Positions 1 to 15,880 of a DNA stretch of 64,000 nt are shown piece by piece. The DNA comes from the human T2T-CHM13v2.0 reference genome, Homo sapiens. How positions within the stretch are numbered: the first letter of the stretch is position 1; each line of letters begins with the position of its first letter. Both the position numbers and the translations under genes were made by a program. Under the pieces are notes generated by a model. The model did not search any database. It saw only the letters and a program-made list of their open reading frames with translations, and was not told where the DNA came from. The DNA is taken from assembly GCF_009914755.1 (NCBI RefSeq), contig NC_060930.1, one strand, 5' to 3'.

Positions 1-113
1 AAAGGAGAATGGAAAAAATTATAGAAATATGAAATGGGACTTACAATGAAATAGAATAATTTGCATATTTTTCTCAGGTAACATATTTTATAAGACAATT
101 TCAATTCTTCCAG

Positions 114-232
114 CTGCTGTCTTCAGAAGAGCTTAAATATAATTCTGGATATTATTTTCATTTAAAAGAAGATATTGGCTCACACTTCTTGCAGAAAGCT
201 GAGGAGCCAGAACTTGACTTCGTATAACAGAG
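114..232 (+). ncRNA. Candidate internal exon of a + strand lncRNA
   Basis: Acceptor ttcaattcttccag at 111-113 and donor GAG|gtgaga at 232/233; 119 nt; no ORF continuity into the next candidate exon (in-frame TAA). Confidence 0.35.
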
Positions 233-996
233 GTGAGAGTTATATCCGGAAAAGAACAATTCTCCCCCCCAAATTAGGACAAGTTCAACAATATCCTAAA
301 TCACAGTGATTTTAAATACTTTTCATGCTTATAAGAGATTTTAAAATGAAACAGCAATCTGTGAGGTGTTGATAGCATGCAGTATGTAGCCAAGGTGACC
401 CAAGGTCAGTGTCTCCTTCTAGATGCATCTGCAGGTAGTTAGCATTCGCCACCCACACACCTGGCCCAACAGGAACACTGACGAGGCATGCGCATACTGC
501 TGATGAAATGCAGCCTGGTTTGCTCCAGAGCACATGTTTTCTAAAACACACGTGTAACTGATAGACTTAGCGACTGACTAGGTGTGAAGATAATATAAAA
601 GTTGCATTAGTCATGAGCCAATTTCTCTGATGCACTCACGTTTTAAGTCACCGTGTAACAGCAGGTCTGTGCTATAACACAAAGGACTGTGACACAGGTG
701 AACACAGCAAGACACCAGGAACACACTTGGATGCCCATCGGCCCCAGGTTTCTTCTGCTGGTCCTGTCTGGCCATGTGTTTGGGTTTGAAAGTGTCCAGA
801 TTGCCTGGTTCTCCTGGATCTTCACGCAAAAGAAACGAGCACATGATGGTGACCTGGAACTCTCCTCGCTGGCGTCACTGCATTTTTGCAAAGCCTGTAA
901 CTGTCCTGTCTGCATTCTGGGCTCCAAGGCTCAGTCCTCTGATCTTTCCTGACCTGTCCTTCCCCTAGGCTGCCTTCCTCTTTTTCCTTATTACAG

Positions 997-1436
997 TAAA
1001 GTTCTGTATGTACTGCAGCATATTCCATTTATTGGGAATTGAATATATTTCTTCTATGCCAGGATTTAAAATTAGGATTGTTAATATTGTGGTTTGTGCT
1101 CTGGTTACAGAATTTCTAAGGTTTGGGTGTTCTATCCCAGCACCATATTTTCTCAAAGCCTTGCTCTCTGCAGTGGGTGATTTTGCACAATGCAAACTTC
1201 TCAGGTACTTTCTTCTGAGCTCCAGGTCCCCATATCCAACATCTACTCAACATCTTATTCTGAGATGTTCACCTCAAACATGTGAGAATCAACATGTCAA
1301 CATGTCAATACCTCTTGCAGGATTTCCTAACTCCACAGATGGTATCCGTCCAATTGTGCAAGCCAAGAGCAAGGCGCCAGCTGGGACGTTTCCCATACCC
1401 AATCTATCATCATGTCCCATTAAATTTTACCAGTAG
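997..1436 (+). ncRNA. LINC01879: Candidate lncRNA exon containing a 142-aa ORF (MYCSIFHLL...), probably non-coding; recalled as FLJ44881/LINC01879-like
   Basis: Strong polypyrimidine acceptor ccttcctctttttccttattacag ending at 996; ATG at 1008. Peptide identity recalled from memory, not verified. The 3' half overlaps an L2 remnant. Confidence 0.4.
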
Positions 1437-1580
1437 TGTTTCTCGAATGTGTCCGTTTCTCTTTGTCTCTGCTGCCACCTTCATCTTACACCTGAATCAC
1501 TGCAGCAGCCTCCTCCCTGGCCACAGCAGTCTATGAAACACTAATCTGAGCAGATCACCACCCTCCGCACAAACCCTTAG
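1213..1580 (+). mobile_element. LINE-2 remnant
   Basis: L2-like motifs ctgagctccagg..catatccaac..tactcaacatct, ctgctgccacc..cacctgaatcactgcagcagcctcct. Confidence 0.65.
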
Positions 1581-1584
1581 GGAA

Positions 1585-1950
1585 CTAGAAGAAAAGTCGC
1601 TCAACTTGGTAAAGGCTACATTACAAAAACAACCAGTAAACATCACACTCAGTGGAGAAACTTTAAAATCAGAAGCAAAGATGCCCATTAACATCACAAC
1701 TGCTTAGCATGGTACTAAAGGTCCTTACAGACAAAAAAGAAGAAAGAAGCAAGAAGGAGAGAGTCAGAAAACAAAATAAATTAGTGGTATAAGATTTGGA
1801 AGGAAGATAAAAAACATCCTTATTGGCAGATGACACAATCCTAGACATAGACACTCCAACAGAATAGAGACTATTAAAACTAACGAGAGTTCAGTGATGT
1901 TGATGGATTTACAGTGGGCTTAAAAATTACTAGCAATTATCCTCACCTAT
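1585..1950 (+). mobile_element. Old L1 (L1M) ORF2 remnant
   Basis: A-rich, decayed RT-region sequence including ttattggcagatgacacaatc (LFADDMI-like). Confidence 0.65.
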
Positions 1951-2315
1951 TGATACAGACTGAATGTTTGTGTCTCCCCTAACTCTTATGTTGAAATCTA
2001 ATCCCAAGTGTGATGGTATTTGGAGGGGGGTCTGGGAGGTGATTAGGTCATGAGAGCAAAGCCCTCATGAATGGGATTATAAAAGAGACCTTATGAAAGA
2101 GACTCTAGAGAGGGCCCTCACACCTTCCACCACGTGAGGACTTGGCAAGAAGGCACTGTCTGTGAACCAGGGAGCAAGTGTCCACCAGACACTGGATCTG
2201 TGGGTTCCTCGATCTTGGACTTCCAGCCTCCAGAACTGTGAGAAACGAATTTCTGTTGTTTATAAGCCACTCCGTTTATCGTTTTTCATTACAGCATCCC
2301 AAATGGACTAACACA
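1951..2315 (+). mobile_element. MaLR solo LTR (MLT1A/MST-like)
   Basis: TG...CA ends; gactgaatgtttgtgtc, gattaggtcatgag, cttggacttccagcctccagaactgtgaga, ctgttgtttataagccac. Confidence 0.85.
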
Positions 2316-3893
2316 CCTGCAATAACCAATTACAGTTTTTATTAAACTTAAGTGGTGAAATTTTATCAAATACCTCTCTGTACCAATTGAGAGGACCACA
2401 TGGCTCATGTTGCTATCAACAAGAAAAGATAGGCAACCCAACCCAAAAAACAGGCCAGGAATGAAAACAGTTCACAGCAAGAGAAATGTAAATGACTGGC
2501 AAGTATGTGAAGAGTTCCTCAACTCAGTCAATGTAACCAGAAGAAATAAAATGAGGAGAAGACAATTCAAGCCATCATATTTATAAAATGTAAAGGCGTC
2601 ATACAACCAAGAGTTGGTGAGCGTGGGAAGGAAGATCTGGGGCCTCCTGCAATTCTTCTGGAAGCGTCCCCTGCCGTGACTGCATGGAGAACACTTGAGC
2701 AGTCATGAAGATGAAGAACGAGTATCATCTGTGCTCTTTCCATCCCATGCTGCATAGCCTGGAGACCCCAGACCCCCAGCCCTCCACGACTGGATGGGTA
2801 CCCAGGCAAGGGGACAGCTAGTTAGGCAGGCTTTACGCACAGTACCCAGGGGGAAGTAAAGCCCCGTGCCAACTGTCTGTGCAAAATGAAATATCACACG
2901 CACAGCCTGTTACTGTGTATCTTAAAGGATACATTCATATCTAAGAACATAGAGAGGGTGGGATCGGGAGGAAAAGTAAAATAGTATTAAACAAGAAGAG
3001 TCTTATTTTGACAGTTGTGCTAGAGTTCCTTGAATAGTAGTAACAAAACTCTGCATAGGAAGTTTTTGAAAAACATTAAGAGTAAATGGTCTTCAGATTT
3101 ATTGGTGGAAGGGTGACAGCCATTCAAATGGATAAGTTCAATTTAGGAGTGAATATTACTCAAAATAGAACAAAGTCCAACATACCTATAATTAGTGTGC
3201 AGGAAGAAGAAAAGTACCCAGCAAACTTGAGAGTAAAGGCTGATCAGAGAAGAGAGTTAGCAGACAAAGGAAGAGAAAACCAGCATCTGCTAGATGCCTT
3301 CCTTGTGGCAGCACTGGACAGATAACCCTTTGTGCAATGCCGGGGTTGCCGGGAAGGGGGCAGCTCTGCTCTCTGTGCAGATGGACGGCAGCCCGGCAGC
3401 CATGCAGCCCGCAGAGCAGAGCCGGGTTAGAGCACAGTTCCGTCTCACCCACACGGTTAGGGAGCTCCAACCATGTGGCAGGGAGACTTTCAGGAATAAG
3501 TGAAGGTCGGTTTCCAAAGTGCAGCATGATTCTTAGTAAGCAAATATTGTTGATTCATTACAAAGGTAAATAGAAACAGTTTCAATGGAGCAGTGAGGAA
3601 CAAAACCAGGTGACTGGGTGGTGGGGAAGTGGCAGAGGAATGAAAATGACTTATAAATTAAGGATAGTGAATATCTGGGCACGTTTAAAGTTATGGATGA
3701 CAGTAATGGAAGGAGTGCAGAATCAAGGCCCAGGGTCATTATAAAGGAGGAGGTCCAGACAGGTGCACCTGGATCAGATTGGGAGGTGACTAAACAAGTG
3801 ACCTAAAATGTATAAATATAGTACCTTAATTATGGTGATCATTATTACTTATCTTCAGAGAGTAATCTTTCTTTCTTTCTCTCTCTCTCTCTC

Positions 3894-4184
3894 TTTTTTT
3901 TCAGGGTCTTACTTTGTTGCCCAGGCTGAAGTACAGTGGTGCGATCTTGGCTCCTAGGCTGGTGGCCTTGACCTCCCAGGCTCAAGCAATCCTCCCGCCT
4001 CAGCCTCCAGAGTAGCTGGAACTACAGGTGTGCACCACCGTACCCAGATAATTTTTGAATATTTTACAGAGACAGGGTCTCACTATGTTGCCTAGGCCGG
4101 TCTTGAACTGCTGGCCTTAAGTATTCCACCTGCCTCAGCCTCCCAAAGTGCTGAGATTACAGGCATGAGCCACCACAACTGGCC
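3894..4184 (-). mobile_element. AluJ
   Basis: Antisense dimeric Alu with J-type features (ggctcaagcaatcctcccgcctcagcc; cactatgttgcctagg). Confidence 0.9.
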
Positions 4185-4408
4185 TGAGAATAATTTCTTT
4201 TGCTAATATTGTACAACCACAGAAAAAAGGAAAATATTCTCCGGTAGAATTAAATCTATATACTTACACTTATTTATTAAAAATATTTGTGTTTTTTATT
4301 GGATCTAGAAAAAAACCTGATTTAATTCAATATATTTTTGTCACTATGTATTAATTCTGTTGGAAACATAATAGGATTGAGCTTGATGTCAAATAACAGG
4401 ATGAAATC

Positions 4409-4531
4409 TTTTTTTTGCATAAAGGAACATAAAACTATTTATTGACCACTCTTCACAAGTATTTACAATAAAGTAAACATTATACAGTTGGATAACATTC
4501 TGATTACTGCAAAGTGGTTTTTCCTGGCTTT
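4409..4531 (-). pseudogene. Very short 5'-truncated processed retrocopy of an mRNA 3' end (SERBP1-3'UTR-like from memory, unverified)
   Basis: Minus strand has AATAAA (4438-4443) about 20 nt before an A8 tail (4409-4416); tgaaatc occurs on both sides (4402-4408, 4532-4538). Confidence 0.55.
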
Positions 4532-5254
4532 TGAAATCACTTTTAAGAATAGTTAACCTGGACTTGACACAGAAAAATCTCAACTCTCAAAAAGCTAAGC
4601 CACACCAAAGAAACTGCTTTATCAGGTTGTTGAAAACATTTAGGATGTTAAAAATAATTTCAGTATAAACAAAAATGCTTTCTTCCTTGCAACTTCCATT
4701 CCTCCTACCTTGGAACCCTGGCAAAAGCTAAGAAGTTAGAAGACATTCCAAGACGTTTCGCAGGTCCTGAGAAGGTACTTACACACCCGCTGAGAGTTCT
4801 CGTCACCAGGCAGTGCACACTGCTAAACAGGCTTTACCAGTAGGCCTTTACTAGTACTATTTACAGTTACAATAAATAACTTTCTCTAAAGTTTTACCAC
4901 AGTGACTTCCTTCTCATACAATTGAACTTGCTCACTTTCAAGTGTAATTATATTTTTGAAATACATACTTCTGAACTGAAGTCTCCACCATTAATTTTCA
5001 TGGGCAATACATGATAAAATAAATGCATTGTACCACAAATTGCAATGTATTAAGTTCTGTGGAGTAAGTGAAGCCAGTCATGTAGACAACTGGGAGAGAT
5101 ATGAAATAGAAGTGACACACCGCTCCGTGTTGATATTCAAAGTAGAGAAACAAGGAAGAGGTGTGAGCCACAAGCTGTGAGCCTGCAGTGGGGTTCCATA
5201 CACATTCCCCCAGCCGGGTACTATCGGCTTGTTTTAGCACGCCTCTTATCCGGG

Positions 5255-5400
5255 TTGTGCCTCAGTTTCCTCCTCCTTAAAGCAGCACTGAAGTTCATCT
5301 CACCTCTGCTTCCCTCACCGGTTGTCATAAAGATGTAACAAGATAACGGATGTGGGGTGCTTGTCAAGCTGGGCACGCATGTAGAAAATCATTACTTTTA
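5255..5400 (+). mobile_element. MIR remnant
   Basis: gtgcctcagtttcctc core motif followed by MIR-like 3' part. Confidence 0.55.
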
Positions 5401-5486
5401 TTAATGGAGGAATAAGAACAATAGTCCCAGAAGTCAGAAATAAAGACACAACATATCCTCAAAATATCCTTAAAAATAAACACATG

Positions 5487-5620
5487 GGCTGAGTGAGGTG
5501 GCTCACGCCTGTCATCCCGGCACTTTGGGTGGCCGAGGCAGGAGGATTGCTGGAACCCAGGTGCTGGAGGCTAGCCTGTGCAACATAGTGACACTCCATC
5601 TGTACCAAAATAAATAAATA
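5487..5620 (+). mobile_element. FLAM/monomeric Alu
   Basis: Single Alu arm with (TAAA)n tail; TSD aataaacacatg on both sides. Confidence 0.85.
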
Positions 5621-6546
5621 AATAAACACATGACCAAAAAGAAAAAACTATTTGATGGCTTCGCTTTATCCTAATCTCAAATCACATTGTTATTCTTTAC
5701 ATCATCTTTCTTTCTTCATAAAAGTCAGAATCTCAAAGGAAGTTGGTCAAGATCCTGATGTGCAGATGGGTTAAGAGGATTAGTAAATGTCAAATAACAA
5801 AATAAAAAGAAGAAAGGGATGAAATTAAGTCCTGGCACATTCCTCAGTTAGTTGTATTTCCTCTTTCTGGCCCAGACATCCCCTGGATTTATAGGTGCGT
5901 AAGTGTCCCTTCTCGTCACCAGGACAGCTTTAACTACCATCAAGAAGTATTTTTCAAATAAACACTTCAGTCTCTGTGTCTGAAGTGTTTATTTGACTGA
6001 TCACAGCTGAGAACAAGTTAGGGGTTGACAAGGTCCTATTGTGGGCAGAACAACTGTGATTTTCTAAATGGAAGCACATCTTTAAAACTGTAAGAGGGTT
6101 TCAGTTTTCATGTACGCCATATTCTATTATCGAACCAGAATCTTCACTCTGAAGTACTATTCAAAATCCTGATGGAATAATAATCAAATTGATGCAACTT
6201 AGGTTTAATCCTGTTCACTTCTTAAATTATCACACAATGTCTTTTTTCCCTATCCTTACAAATCTCATAGTTTACCTTTGTAAGTATATGTGTATGTCAA
6301 TTTAAAAAAATACAATGAAATCCCTGAACATCTGAAAGATTCCATTCAATTTTGCTGTTCTTATTAAAACTTATTTCAAATCTGGAGTATTCAAAGTAAC
6401 ACTTGAGTCATAATCTCTACAGCATGCTTTAGCCTTTAATCAGTTATATTGGACAGATCATCCTCAAACACTGCTCTCAGCACCCTGATGTCCTCCCACC
6501 ATAATGTACTTTGTTCTGTACTCTTTGATATATTTTTTTGTAAAAT

Positions 6547-6710
6547 ATGTATATATGCATGCACGAGTGTGTGTGTGTATGTGTACGGTGTTTGTGGGGT
6601 ATATGTGTATGGTATGTGTTGTGTGAGTGTGTGTGTGTGTGTGTGTGGTGTGTGTGTGTTATGTGTGGTGTGTATGTGTGTTTGCATTGTGTGTCTGTGT
6701 GTGTGTCTAT
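6547..6710. repeat. Degenerate (TG)n microsatellite
   Basis: Interrupted TG/TA dinucleotide run. Confidence 0.9.
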
Positions 6711-6769
6711 GCCATCAAATACTATCTCTTTTAATTACATCCTGGAGGTGCATGTGTTATGCATCCTTC

Positions 6770-8530
<1,761 letters not shown>

Positions 8531-10857
8531 AGGGATGCCCACCCTGCTGGTGCAGCCTGCTCAGGAGTGGCTGGACCTAGGTAAGAGGTCCACATGGGTT
8601 TCAAAAAGAGGCTCAGGGTCACTGGGGGAGGAAATTCTGGCAGCCCAGGTACCTGGAGAATGTTTTTGGAGGGAAGGGTGCAAACTGTGGATAGGCACAT
8701 CACCTGACCTTCAAAGACTCTCATCTGGTGGTGAGGGCAAGGCCAGCAGCAGGCAGAAGGAGCTCTCAAATGCTCAGCGTCAGGGCAGGGGCCCCTCTGG
8801 TCCAGCTCTAAACACTGTGCTGAGTACAGATGGTTTTTTTCTTGACATTGCCAATGAGATAACACTCGTCAAAACAGAGGACGACTAAGGATCTGGAGTC
8901 AAGAGTTAACAGCCTTCAGGAAGGCTTAGCAGGCTTTGCAGCTATTCCTTTCATTATCTAACAAGTATCTGTGAGGGTTCTTGCTATAACTCAGTATCTG
9001 GGCCAAGCATGCAGTGTGGGGTTAGAAAGAGACGCACGGACGGGCTGTGGCAGCCTGGGGAGAGTGCCATGCACCTGCAGAAGTAGTGTGAGCCTCTCAC
9101 GCCATGATGAGGTCACAGTTCCCCTGCACTATCTCTTGATGTGTGATGTCCCACCGAGGCCCACAGGTGGGCTGTGTCCCTCGATGTCTGGAACATACAT
9201 TGAGGTCACAGGGTTCTGCCTTCCCGGCGCCCCCTTCTAGATGTTGCCACGTGGTCAATGGATAAGCAGACAGCACCCGAGGAGCTGCTGAAACACAGCG
9301 TCTATCCCGAGCTTTCTCTTCCTTAGTGCTACTTGCTCAACACTGCCTGTGCCTCATGTCTCGCTCTCTCTCCCCTGGGTGGGAGCACAGGGAGACCACT
9401 CTGTGAAGCTCTGGGTTCCCGACAGCCTCATTAGAAATGAAGCCAAAAAGCACAGGCACAGATCAGGAGAACAGGGTTGTGACCCCTGGAAATGACACGT
9501 CTGTCCCTGGAGGTGGCGTCCTTCCCCATGCTTCTTCCCAAGGTCAGTTTCTGATGAGCTTCCATGACCTCCTCTGCCAGGCCACCTGTGCCTTCCCACT
9601 GCAGAGCTCTTCCCCATCCCCCGGAACACAACTCACTTTCTCTCTTTTCAGGGCGGAGGAAACCCAGCTCCAGGGTGACCCACAGCCACTTGGATCTCCG
9701 GGTATCAGAAGACTGGCGCCAGGCCCATAGCCGGGTTTTCACACCGGAGGAGGTGGGAGGGGTTTTCATTTTGTTTTGTTTTGTTTTGTTTTAATAAAGT
9801 CATGCTTGATTAAATAAAATGAGAGAAAAGTAAATTTAAGGAATTGTGAGGGAGAAGAAAGAGCAGATTGTTGTGAACAGTTGGTGGGATATCTATGCAG
9901 ATAGACAGTGCACAAAAATTATAGGACACAGCTACTGATTTTTTCTCTGTTCTCCTTTTAAAGGACCAGTGCGTAGATATCTGGGTCACAGCCCTGGGGA
10001 GAAATACAAAAACATTCACGCATGATATGGAGAGAAAATAAAGAATAGAAATATCCATGACTGGCTGAAAACACATGAAGAACAAACACAGATGCACGAT
10101 TTATGTGTTCTGGAAGCAAAACCATTCCTGCCTAATGCAGCCATTTATTCAGCTTTATTATTCTAGCAAGTAAAAAACACAAAACTGCGCTTTGTGAAAT
10201 ATCCGGAGGGAAGCAGAGGAGGAAAGTGCTGCCTGTGATGTCCTGGGGTCAGCACTGGCCACGTTATCTGCAGAGACGACTGGGGTCATGGTGTGAAGTT
10301 CCATCGTGGAGGAAGCTGACAGGCTTGTTAGTGCGCCCCTCATAGTCAGCGGTCACCACACCCTGTCACCCATGTTAACCTATCGCTGCTGCCATCACCC
10401 AGTTCCAAGTCCCAGTGCTTCATACCTCAGCTTCCACAATGGCCTCCCTGATCCCGCCTTTCCCTATGGGTTTATGCCAACAGCCCAGTTGGGTTAGGCT
10501 TCCCCACACCCTGTTCCAACCATGTCCATCTCCTGGCCAGCCATCAGTGATGAATTATTCCTTCCTGTGACTTCGAGCCTAATCCCAGCCCACAGGGTAT
10601 CAGGCAGGGTTACCCCCAGCACGCTGTGGGGATGGGAAGAGGTGCAGGCCAGTGTTCTTTCTGTGCTACTGGTTTGAAACACAGAACACATTCTCACACA
10701 GAGACAACAGCTTGAATTGTGCTTGGGTTCTCATGAGAAACACAGAAAAGGCATTTGACTCAGAGCTGAGCCCTGGTGCTCTTGTTTCGGGTCCTGGGAA
10801 GAGACAGCTGTGAGATGGAGGCAGTAGGAGGTGAAAGAAAATAGTTATTTACTGGTT

Positions 10858-11300
10858 CCTTATGGTTGAATTGTATACCCTCAAAAAGATGCGTTGATGT
10901 CCTAACCTCTGGAACTGTGAATGTGATGTGACCTCATCTGGAAATAGGGTATATGCCAATATTAGCAAATTAAGACAAGGTCACTGGGGTGAGCCCTAAC
11001 TGTGCCTGACTGGTGTCCCTAAAGGAGGAGAGACAGAGACGCACAGAGGGAAGACAGCCACCTGGAGACAGAGGCAGAGGCGGGGCAATGCGTCCACAAG
11101 CCAAGGAGCACCCGAACCGCCTGAAGCACCAGAAGCAAAGAGAAGGGCCTGGAACAGGCTGTCCCTCCCCGCCTCAGCAGGAGCCCACTCTGCCACACCT
11201 CCAACTCGGACTTCCAGCCTCTGGATGGGAGAGAACAGAGTCCCTTGCTTGGCCACACAGTTTGTGGAACTTTGTTTACCACAGCCCCAGGACACCAATA
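10858..11300 (+). mobile_element. MaLR LTR (MLT1B/C-like)
   Basis: ggttgaattgt..ctgtgaatgtgac..tggaaatagggt; ccacaagccaaggagcacc; ggacttccagcctctgga. Confidence 0.8.
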
Positions 11301-12124
11301 CCAGGTCCCAGGCAAATTTTTGTCAGAAATGCAAGTTGGCTTTGGCAGCCTGTGCTGGGCCCGTATTCTGGTCTGTTCTCTCTGCTGCAGGCCAGGCCTC
11401 AGGCTGTACTGGGCACCCTCCCTTCCCGTCCGGCCTGTGCTCCTTCTTCAGCTCACCCTGAGGAAACTCCCTCTCCAAACACCAACACATCCAAAGCAGG
11501 GGGCTGAGGAGCAAACCTCACCAAAGCCTTCTGCCTTGCAGACGTGAGAAAGGAAAGGCAGTGGAGGGTGGGCAGGTGGAGCACTGGGAGGCCCCAGAGA
11601 CTGCAGAGCACCCCTCCAGGCAGCCCGAGGCGGGAAGCAAGCCCAGCACAGCCCCTCCTGGTGGCTTCCCTCCAACTTGGCTGGGTCAGTTAGTGACTCC
11701 GCTGCAGAAGGAGCTGCGTCTTCAAATGGGAGGCATGGACGGTAGCTGCCACCATAGAAGCCGGGCCTTCTCCCTGCATGGGGCACTTGAATTAGTCTGA
11801 CCAGGCTTCCTGCCAGCTGCCTCTTAAAAAGGAGTAAACTTATCCAGGAGACAAAATTGTGGGGATAGCCAAAAAATGCTGGGTGAGAAGAGGAATGAGA
11901 GACAGCTTATCCTAGCAAATACTAAAATACGATATTAATAATAGCACAAAAAGGCAAATTAATGGAACAGAAAAATCCAACAACAGATGCAAGCACAGCC
12001 GTGCATCACTTAACAACGGGGATACGTTCTGAGAAAGGCGTCATTAGGTGATTTTGTTGTTGTGAGAACATGACAGAGTGCCCTGGCACACACCGAGGCT
12101 ATCTGGTGTAGCCCATGGCTCCTA

Positions 12125-12972
<848 letters not shown>

Positions 12973-14292
12973 CACAGGTAAAATACCGTATTATACTCTT
13001 ATGGGACCACCTTCAGATGTGCGGTCTGCTGGCGACCAAAACGTCCCTCTGCACTGCACGGCTGCATATGTAAGAGGTTAAGACATCGTGATTTGTGAAG
13101 TCAGAATGGAAAAGGGGGGTTATAATAACAAATTATTCATTTGGAAAAATAGTTAAATCCCTCATTATATACCTCACAACCTAAAATGTCAGAAAAGACA
13201 AAAGCAAACGTGAAAATTTAACACGGAAGTACTAGAATAAAGTAAGGGTGATCATTTATGCCATCTTTTGATGGATACAACTTTTCCAAGTGTAAAGCAT
13301 GACTAAATTTAAAACTTTCGGATGTCAAAACACTGTAACCGAAATTTAAATAAACTGCAAAAAAAGGTTTTGCGACATGCATGCAAAGCATCAGTGCTCC
13401 ACGTACAGAACTCACACAAATGAGGAAGAGAACAAGGACCTTGCTCATGGCTGTGTAGGAGGATCCGGAGCCAGAAGGAGCAGGGAGTGAGGATGGAGAA
13501 TGGGCTGCTGGGACACATGTGGGAGGGAGATCAGGACACAGGCTGCGAGTGGAGGCCACGCGCTCACCTCTGCAACAGAGGGAAGGAGGTGGAGTGTGTC
13601 TGTGGGCAACTAGCAGGTAAGGAAGAGGAGTCTGAGTTCGTCTGAGGCTCAGGTTCTGCAAGGGGGTGGAGGCATCGCCATTGCTGGGAACAAGGAGCAG
13701 AGCATTGCAAAGAGGTTTCCAAAAACAGTGAACATCTGGGATCATTGCTGTGTATTCCCCGCAACAGAGAGCTGCAGAATGGCCCAGGTGCGCTGTAGGA
13801 GATGGAAGAGAACAGGAACCAAAGACCAGCCACAGCCTGGAGGAATGGTTGCCAAAGAGGCTGGCGCTGGGCACACACTGGCACCAGGAGTCTCTCCCAG
13901 CTCTGCTCTGCCACCCTGAGAATGGGAAGAAGGCCAGGGAATTTTGCAAGTGGGAGCCAGGTGAGGAGAGCTGGGGTTCCAAGGAAACTGGGATGTTAAC
14001 AGGGAAGAGCTCAGCAGACCACTGGCAGTGACAGATCCCGCGGGTGAAGTTGGAGCAGCGTGGGGTTGGAAGGGAGTGGGGCGCACAGCACACGTTCCAT
14101 CCAGGGCGAGTTTTAGATTCCAGTGGTAGTGCATATCTCTCTAAGATCCAGAGTGCACCAGAAACACAGGTCAGCATGCTGAAATGACCCAGAAATTTTA
14201 CCAGGGGTGCCTCTCACAATTAACTGTACTTGAGGCAAGCCCATTTGTTATAGATTTTTCGCCGATGATTGTTTTATTATTTGTCATTTTTC

Positions 14293-14604
14293 TTTTTTCT
14301 TCTTTTCTTTCTTTTTTTTTTTTAGACGGAGTTTTTGCTCTTGTTGCCCAGGCTGGAGTGCAATGGCACGATCTCAGCTAACTGTAACCTCCACCTCCTG
14401 GTTCAGGCGATTCTCCTGCGTCAGCCTCCCACGTAGCTGGGATTACAGGCGCCCGCTACCACGCCCAGCTAATTTTTGTATTTTTAGTAGAGACAGGTTT
14501 TGCCATGTTGGCCAGGCTAGCCTCAAACTCCTGACCTCTGGTGATCCACCCACCTCGGCCTCCCAAAGTGCTGGGATTACAGGCGTGAACCACTGTGCCC
14601 GGCC
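14293..14604 (-). mobile_element. AluSq/Sp
   Basis: Antisense Alu (gctcttgttgcccagg, gtgcaatgg); TSD tatttgtcatttttc on both sides. Confidence 0.92.
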
Positions 14605-15471
14605 CTATTTGTCATTTTTCTATGAAGGCAAAAGCAACTGTGCACATTTACCCTCACTTCCCCTTAAGTAGCTTTCTGAGCTCCAGGCACAAAGGGAACT
14701 AGGGAAGGTCTTATCTAGCACAGGGCACCATGCAGACTGGCAGATAGCAGTTATCAGAGGCTGGCATGGGGGGAGGTTAGTCCCCACAGTGCCGATTTAG
14801 GAAATAATGCTCAGCCTTATGTGAGGCTGTTTGAGTTTCCAAGGCACCCCTAAACTAATCCATCAGGAAGGCAGAAAAGGCTTTGGAGATCATTTTCCCC
14901 TTAAAAAGACTAAGCATTCCATGTTCGTTTGAAGAAAAGTAATAGTTGTAAGGCCATATCAAAATCTAAACCAATACATATTGACTTTTTTATCATACAA
15001 TAAAATGCAACCGTATCTGAAAATACAAGACACGAGTATTTGTACACATTCTCTTTAAAGTGGTTAAAATAACTTGGCCCCCAAACATGAATTAATGAGG
15101 ACATGCACCCGAGAAAGTAGCACATACTTCAATACAGACGTATCTGTAAATCTCACCTGCTGGTGTAAGATAGCTGCCCCGCACATGTGCACAGAGGTGA
15201 CATAAACTTGGCAGGACTTTCAGATCGGTTATGTCTCAATAACTGACCTTAACTTAATGAAAAGTGAGATCCCAATATTTCTAAACACACCGAACAGCTC
15301 TTTTGCTTTTTCATGAACCTAGAGAGGGGTGGAACAGGCTAATTAGGTTAAAAGTCTAACCATTAGATTTTTTCTTATTTGTGTGTCTGTATACAGGCAT
15401 ATATGAGTAAGGATTAAAAACATTAACATTTAAAGGTTATTGACTTTGACAACAAGGCCAATATACTTGGC

Positions 15472-15880
15472 ACCAGCCGGCAAACTTTTCTCTACAGGTA
15501 CAGGTAGCAAACATTTTTGGGGCCACGCAACCTCTGTCACGCCTGCTCAACCCTGTCTTTACAGGGGAAACTGCCACAGACAACACGTAAATGAATGTGC
15601 ATGGCTGCGTTCTTAGAATGCGTATTGGACATTGCTACCATTTAGTGAGCTCCTCTTATGTGCTTGGAATGCACTATTTATAAACTCTCAGGTTGGGAAC
15701 ATAATGTTAATTACATTATTCATCTTCCAAGCTCACTACAAAGAATAGGTTTCCACAAATGCTTATTTATGGACATTGAGATTTGAATTTCATACAATTT
15801 TTATGCATCATGAAATCTTCTTTTGACTTTTTTCCAACTGTTAAAATATGTAAAAATCATCCCTAGCTCACATAGCCAGA
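15472..15880 (+). mobile_element. MER58B-like hAT element carrying a 119-bp templated insertion
   Basis: ggcaaacttttct..., gccacagacaacacgtaaatgaatg..ggctgcgttc, tttatggacattgagatttgaatttcata; foreign segment at 15635-15753. Confidence 0.7.
15635..15753 (+). repeat. 119-bp direct repeat, copy 1 (copy 2 at 16693-16811)
   Basis: ctaccatttagtgagctcc...aggtttc; 7 substitutions between copies. Confidence 0.95.

Noticed and set aside
13218-14177. 319-aa minus-strand ORF
   Set aside because: Ser/Pro/Cys/Leu-rich composition typical of the antisense of purine-rich non-coding DNA; no recognisable domain.
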